Below are positions 60,962 to 64,000 of a DNA stretch of 64,000 nt, in pieces; positions within the stretch are counted from its first letter, which is position 1; every line of letters begins with the position of its first letter. The DNA is from Opitutaceae bacterium (lineage in GTDB: Bacteria; Verrucomicrobiota; Verrucomicrobiia; Opitutales; Coraliomargaritaceae). Made by a program: the position numbers and the translations under genes. Below the pieces are notes generated by a model that was not told the origin of the DNA, did not search any database, and saw nothing but the letters and a program-made list of their open reading frames with translations. The DNA lies in NCBI GenBank assembly GCA_051252375.1, contig JBPOFY010000001.1, positions 160,001-224,000 of the forward strand, in the 5' to 3' direction.

Positions 60962-62485
60962 GTGTTTGAAAACCTTACTCTAATCGACGGACTGATCGTC
61001 CTGCTATACTTTGCGGCTGTCCTCGGTATTGGTTTTTTTCACTCACGCAAGAGTGGTAGCTCAGAAGACTTTATCACTGGCAGTCGACAAATGCCATGGT
61101 TGGCAGTGCTCGGTTCACTCGTCGCGACCGAAGTCAGCGCAGCCACTTTCCTAGCCACACCAGGTGCCGGATTTTCTGAGAACATGAGCTATCTGCAAAT
61201 GGGCATCGGTTCGATTCTCGCCCGCTGTTTTATCGCCTTCGTCTTCCTCGGAGCCTTCTACGCGGCGGACAGCCTTACGATCTACGACTACCTAGGAAAA
61301 CGCTTCGGCAACCGAACACGCTACGCAGCCTCCGCATTTTTCATTGTCACCCGACTCCTTGCCTCCGCCGTGCGTCTGATGATCGCATCTACCGGGCTGA
61401 GCATGATTCTAAACATCCCATTCGTCTGGTGCTTGGCGGCCTTCACCTTGATTGCGATCATCTACACAGGCAGCGGGGGCATACGCGGCATCATCTGGAC
61501 GGATGTGTTGCAAGCAGTCGTTTTCATTAGCGCAGGCCTGGTCTTAATAGGATTTATCATCCACAGCATCGGCTGGCACACCATCATCGATATCGGCAAC
61601 GCCAATGATCGCTTCGAGATCTTTCGTTTCACGCCAACTGCGGATGGAGGCAGCTTCGCATGGCTCAACGACCCTAAATTGTTCTACATCGCGGTGTTGT
61701 TCGGCTTCATCAGCACAACGGCCGCATTCGGCACCGACCAAGACCTCACCCAGCGCATGTTGACCTGCAAAAACGTCAAGTCAGCGCGGCGTAGTGTTAT
61801 TCTCAGTGGATTGGTCTCCATTCCGGTCGCGGCGCTCTTCCTCTTTGTAGGCATCGCCCTCTTTGCATTCTACCAAGTGCATGGCGACGCCGATTTACCG
61901 CAGCGCATCAATGATGGCGTCAGTGTCGTGATGGCGGACAAAGTCTTTCCATGGTTTATCGGGCATGAGCTGCCAACCGGACTGCGCGGGCTGCTCCTCG
62001 TGGGCGTCCTAGCCGCCGCTATGTCGAGCCTCGACTCTGCCATGGGTGCCCTCAGTTCCTCTGCACTGGTGGACCTCTATCGCCCCATCGTGCCAAAGCA
62101 CCTGCAGAGCCTCCCGGACCTATGGGTTTCAAGAATCTTCGTTGTCTTCTTCGGCCTCATCCTTTCGAGTGCCGCTTGGGCGCTCAAAGATGCCGAGGGC
62201 TTCCTCTGGCTCACCTTTCAAATCGTCAGTGTCACCTATGGCGCACTGCTAGGCGTATTCTTGCTCGGGCTCCTCACTAAGCGCGGCGCAGATAGCCTCA
62301 ACTGGATCGCAATGGTCAGCGGCGCTCTGCTCTGCTCAGTGCTACTTGCCCTGATCAAATTAGGACACATCCCACTCGGCTGGACATGGCTCATCGTGAT
62401 CGGCACCGCATGGACATTTGGCGTCGGAGTCTGCGTGCAACAAAAAGCCCCGCAGTCAAATGACGAACGGGGCTTTGAAAATTAA
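60962..62485 (+). CDS. Sodium:solute symporter (SSS family)
   Basis: SLVATEVSAATF, YDYLGKRFG, GGIRGIIWTDVLQ, GTDQDLTQR, AAAMSSLDS. Confidence 0.92.
   Translation: MFENLTLIDGLIVLLYFAAVLGIGFFHSRKSGSSEDFITGSRQMPWLAVLGSLVATEVSAATFLATPGAGFSENMSYLQMGIGSILARCFIAFVFLGAFYAADSLTIYDYLGKRFGNRTRYAASAFFIVTRLLASAVRLMIASTGLSMILNIPFVWCLAAFTLIAIIYTGSGGIRGIIWTDVLQAVVFISAGLVLIGFIIHSIGWHTIIDIGNANDRFEIFRFTPTADGGSFAWLNDPKLFYIAVLFGFISTTAAFGTDQDLTQRMLTCKNVKSARRSVILSGLVSIPVAALFLFVGIALFAFYQVHGDADLPQRINDGVSVVMADKVFPWFIGHELPTGLRGLLLVGVLAAAMSSLDSAMGALSSSALVDLYRPIVPKHLQSLPDLWVSRIFVVFFGLILSSAAWALKDAEGFLWLTFQIVSVTYGALLGVFLLGLLTKRGADSLNWIAMVSGALLCSVLLALIKLGHIPLGWTWLIVIGTAWTFGVGVCVQQKAPQSNDERGFEN
62442..62476 (-). terminator. 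Terminator of the Cys-rich peptide gene, embedded in the last codons of the convergent symporter
   Basis: aaagccccg...gtca-aa-tgac...cggggcttt with an A-tract at 62442-62446 (U-tract on the minus strand). Confidence 0.7.
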
Positions 62486-62497
62486 TTAAAACTCAGC

Positions 62498-62779
62498 TTA
62501 TTTCTTAGCTGCACAGCAAGCTGCGAGCGGTGCCGCAGCCTTTTTGGCCTCTTTAGCCTTATCTGCTTTTGTGCAGCAGGCTTTTTCGCAACCTTCAGCG
62601 CAGGCTTTCTTTGCAGCCTTCTTTTCTTTTGTGCAGCAAGCTTTTGCGCAATCTTCGGCACAGGCTTTCGCTTCAGCCTTCTTTTCAACGTGAGCGTCAC
62701 CAGTGCCGCAAGTGCCGCAATGAGCGTTTGCTGTGAGGGCCGCAGCGACCATAAGGAATGGAATTAGTAATGTTTTCAT
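62498..62779 (-). CDS. Small secreted Cys/Lys/Ala-rich protein (93 aa), metallothionein-like
   Basis: Start moved to ATG 62779; signal peptide MKTLLIPFLMVAAALTANA; 12 Cys; two KACAExCxKACCTK repeats; own terminator. Confidence 0.75.
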   Translation of the reverse strand: MKTLLIPFLMVAAALTANAHCGTCGTGDAHVEKKAEAKACAEDCAKACCTKEKKAAKKACAEGCEKACCTKADKAKEAKKAAAPLAACCAAKK

Positions 62780-62920
62780 AGACTTAATATGTATTAATGT
62801 TGGATTGAGTGATTTGACTCGAACTATACTACTGATTGAGTCCGTCGAATCGTGCGAACTATATCTAGGAGACAACAACCAGCCCCTTATTCCATAAAAT
62901 TTCAAGTTTAGCGACAATAT

Positions 62921-63925
62921 ATGTTACCTTGGTTCCAAGATGGGAAATTCCCGCTCTATCTGGCCCCGATGGCTCGGTTTACCGACATCGTGTTTCGTCA
63001 GATGTGCAAAGAACAGGGGGCCGATGTCATGGTCACCGAGTTTGTTCAGGCAGATGCGCTCAACCGTGATGACCCAAAACTATGGGAAACGGTCGATTTT
63101 ACCGATGCCCAGCGTCCGATGGGTGTGCAAATATTCGGCTCAAACCCGCAGTCTATGGCGACCGCAGCACGCCTGATCACCGATCGACTGCAGCCGGACT
63201 TTATCGACATCAACTTTGGTTGCCCGGCTGACCGCGTCATTTGTATGGATGCCGGCTCTTCCATGCTGCGCAATCCTAAGAAGCTAGGCATCATCACTGG
63301 AGCAGTGGTCAAAGCAGTGCCGGAAACCCCCGTAACCGTCAAAATTCGCACTGGCTGGGATGACGATACCATCGTCGCCAAAGAAGTGGGCCACATCGTC
63401 GAAGGCGAAGGCGCTCAGGCACTCGCTATCCACGGGCGAACCAAAATGCAGGGCTACAGCGGCGAGGCTAACTGGCCAATCATCGCGGAGGTCGCCGAGG
63501 AATTGACCATCCCTGTGATCGGCAATGGCAATATACGCAGCGCCCACGACGTGCTCCGTATACGCGAGCAAACCCGATGTGCCGGACTGATGATTGGTCG
63601 CGCCGCGCTAGGCTACCCTTGGATTTTTCGGGATATCAAGCACACGCTTGAGCATGGCTTCGTCCCAGAACCACCCACGATCCCAGAGCGCTGGGAGACC
63701 ATCATCGAATACACGCGCCAGATCATGGCGCGACCCTACCGCGAACAACGACACACCGACTTACGCTGGATGCGACCAAAGTTTATCGCTCTCACTAAAT
63801 CGATGACGGGCTCACGCAGAATACGCGGCGCGCTCAGCACCGTCCATCAACTCGAAGACCTCGAGCGCATCGCGGCAGAGCATACCCGCCAGTATCACAC
63901 CGATGCCGCAACCAACGTTGAATAA
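62921..63925 (+). CDS. dusB: tRNA-dihydrouridine synthase (DusB-like)
   Basis: [50 protein letters not shown]. Confidence 0.9.
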   Translation: MLPWFQDGKFPLYLAPMARFTDIVFRQMCKEQGADVMVTEFVQADALNRDDPKLWETVDFTDAQRPMGVQIFGSNPQSMATAARLITDRLQPDFIDINFGCPADRVICMDAGSSMLRNPKKLGIITGAVVKAVPETPVTVKIRTGWDDDTIVAKEVGHIVEGEGAQALAIHGRTKMQGYSGEANWPIIAEVAEELTIPVIGNGNIRSAHDVLRIREQTRCAGLMIGRAALGYPWIFRDIKHTLEHGFVPEPPTIPERWETIIEYTRQIMARPYREQRHTDLRWMRPKFIALTKSMTGSRRIRGALSTVHQLEDLERIAAEHTRQYHTDAATNVE

Positions 63926-63976
63926 CAATTCTAGGTTCGACCTATAGGGACGGAAGAAGCATTCTCACGATTTGTC

Positions 63977-64000
63977 ATGAAAAAGATCCTCTTTCTATGC
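63977..64000 (+). CDS. 5' fragment of a gene running off the window (MKKILFLC..., possibly a low-molecular-weight phosphatase/ArsC or a signal peptide)
   Basis: Only 8 codons visible; KILFLC resembles the start of LMWP/ArsC proteins. Confidence 0.3.

Overview
Gene-dense bacterial chromosome segment. It most likely comes from a Verrucomicrobiota (Opitutia, Puniceicoccaceae/Coraliomargarita-like) genome, judged from an Amuc_1098-1102-like pilus locus, an Opitutia-type pilin domain and the gene style; this is recognition from memory, not a search result. Contents: a 3088-aa acidic metzincin surface protease with about 15 PPC-like repeats downstream of a five-gene secretin/PilM(N)/Amuc_1100-like operon; housekeeping genes (recF, cysteine desulfurase, rsmE, DEAD-box helicase, tamB/tamA, gluQ, ftsH, tilS, queA, hisG, aguAB, bcp, dus); an ECF sigma/anti-sigma/YceI unit; tRNA-Pro(GGG) with a duplicated 3' end enclosing a small structured element; a five-gene Mg2+/CBS transport cluster; GH20; and a PilB/GspE ATPase. 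No CRISPR array, rRNA, integrase or transposase was recognised. Best leads: (1) two unrelated secreted proteases share a ~115-135-aa C-terminal module, a candidate sorting or anchoring signal possibly served by the adjacent pilus/T2SS-like machine; (2) a DapF with both catalytic Cys replaced by Ser; (3) a pilin head fused to the C-terminus of a large exported protein with no prepilin leader; (4) a secreted 12-Cys peptide with a mature His-Cys N-terminus; (5) a CcoI-like metal-binding membrane protein lacking the ATPase core, coupled to a LysE-like gene; (6) the tRNA-linked mini-element.
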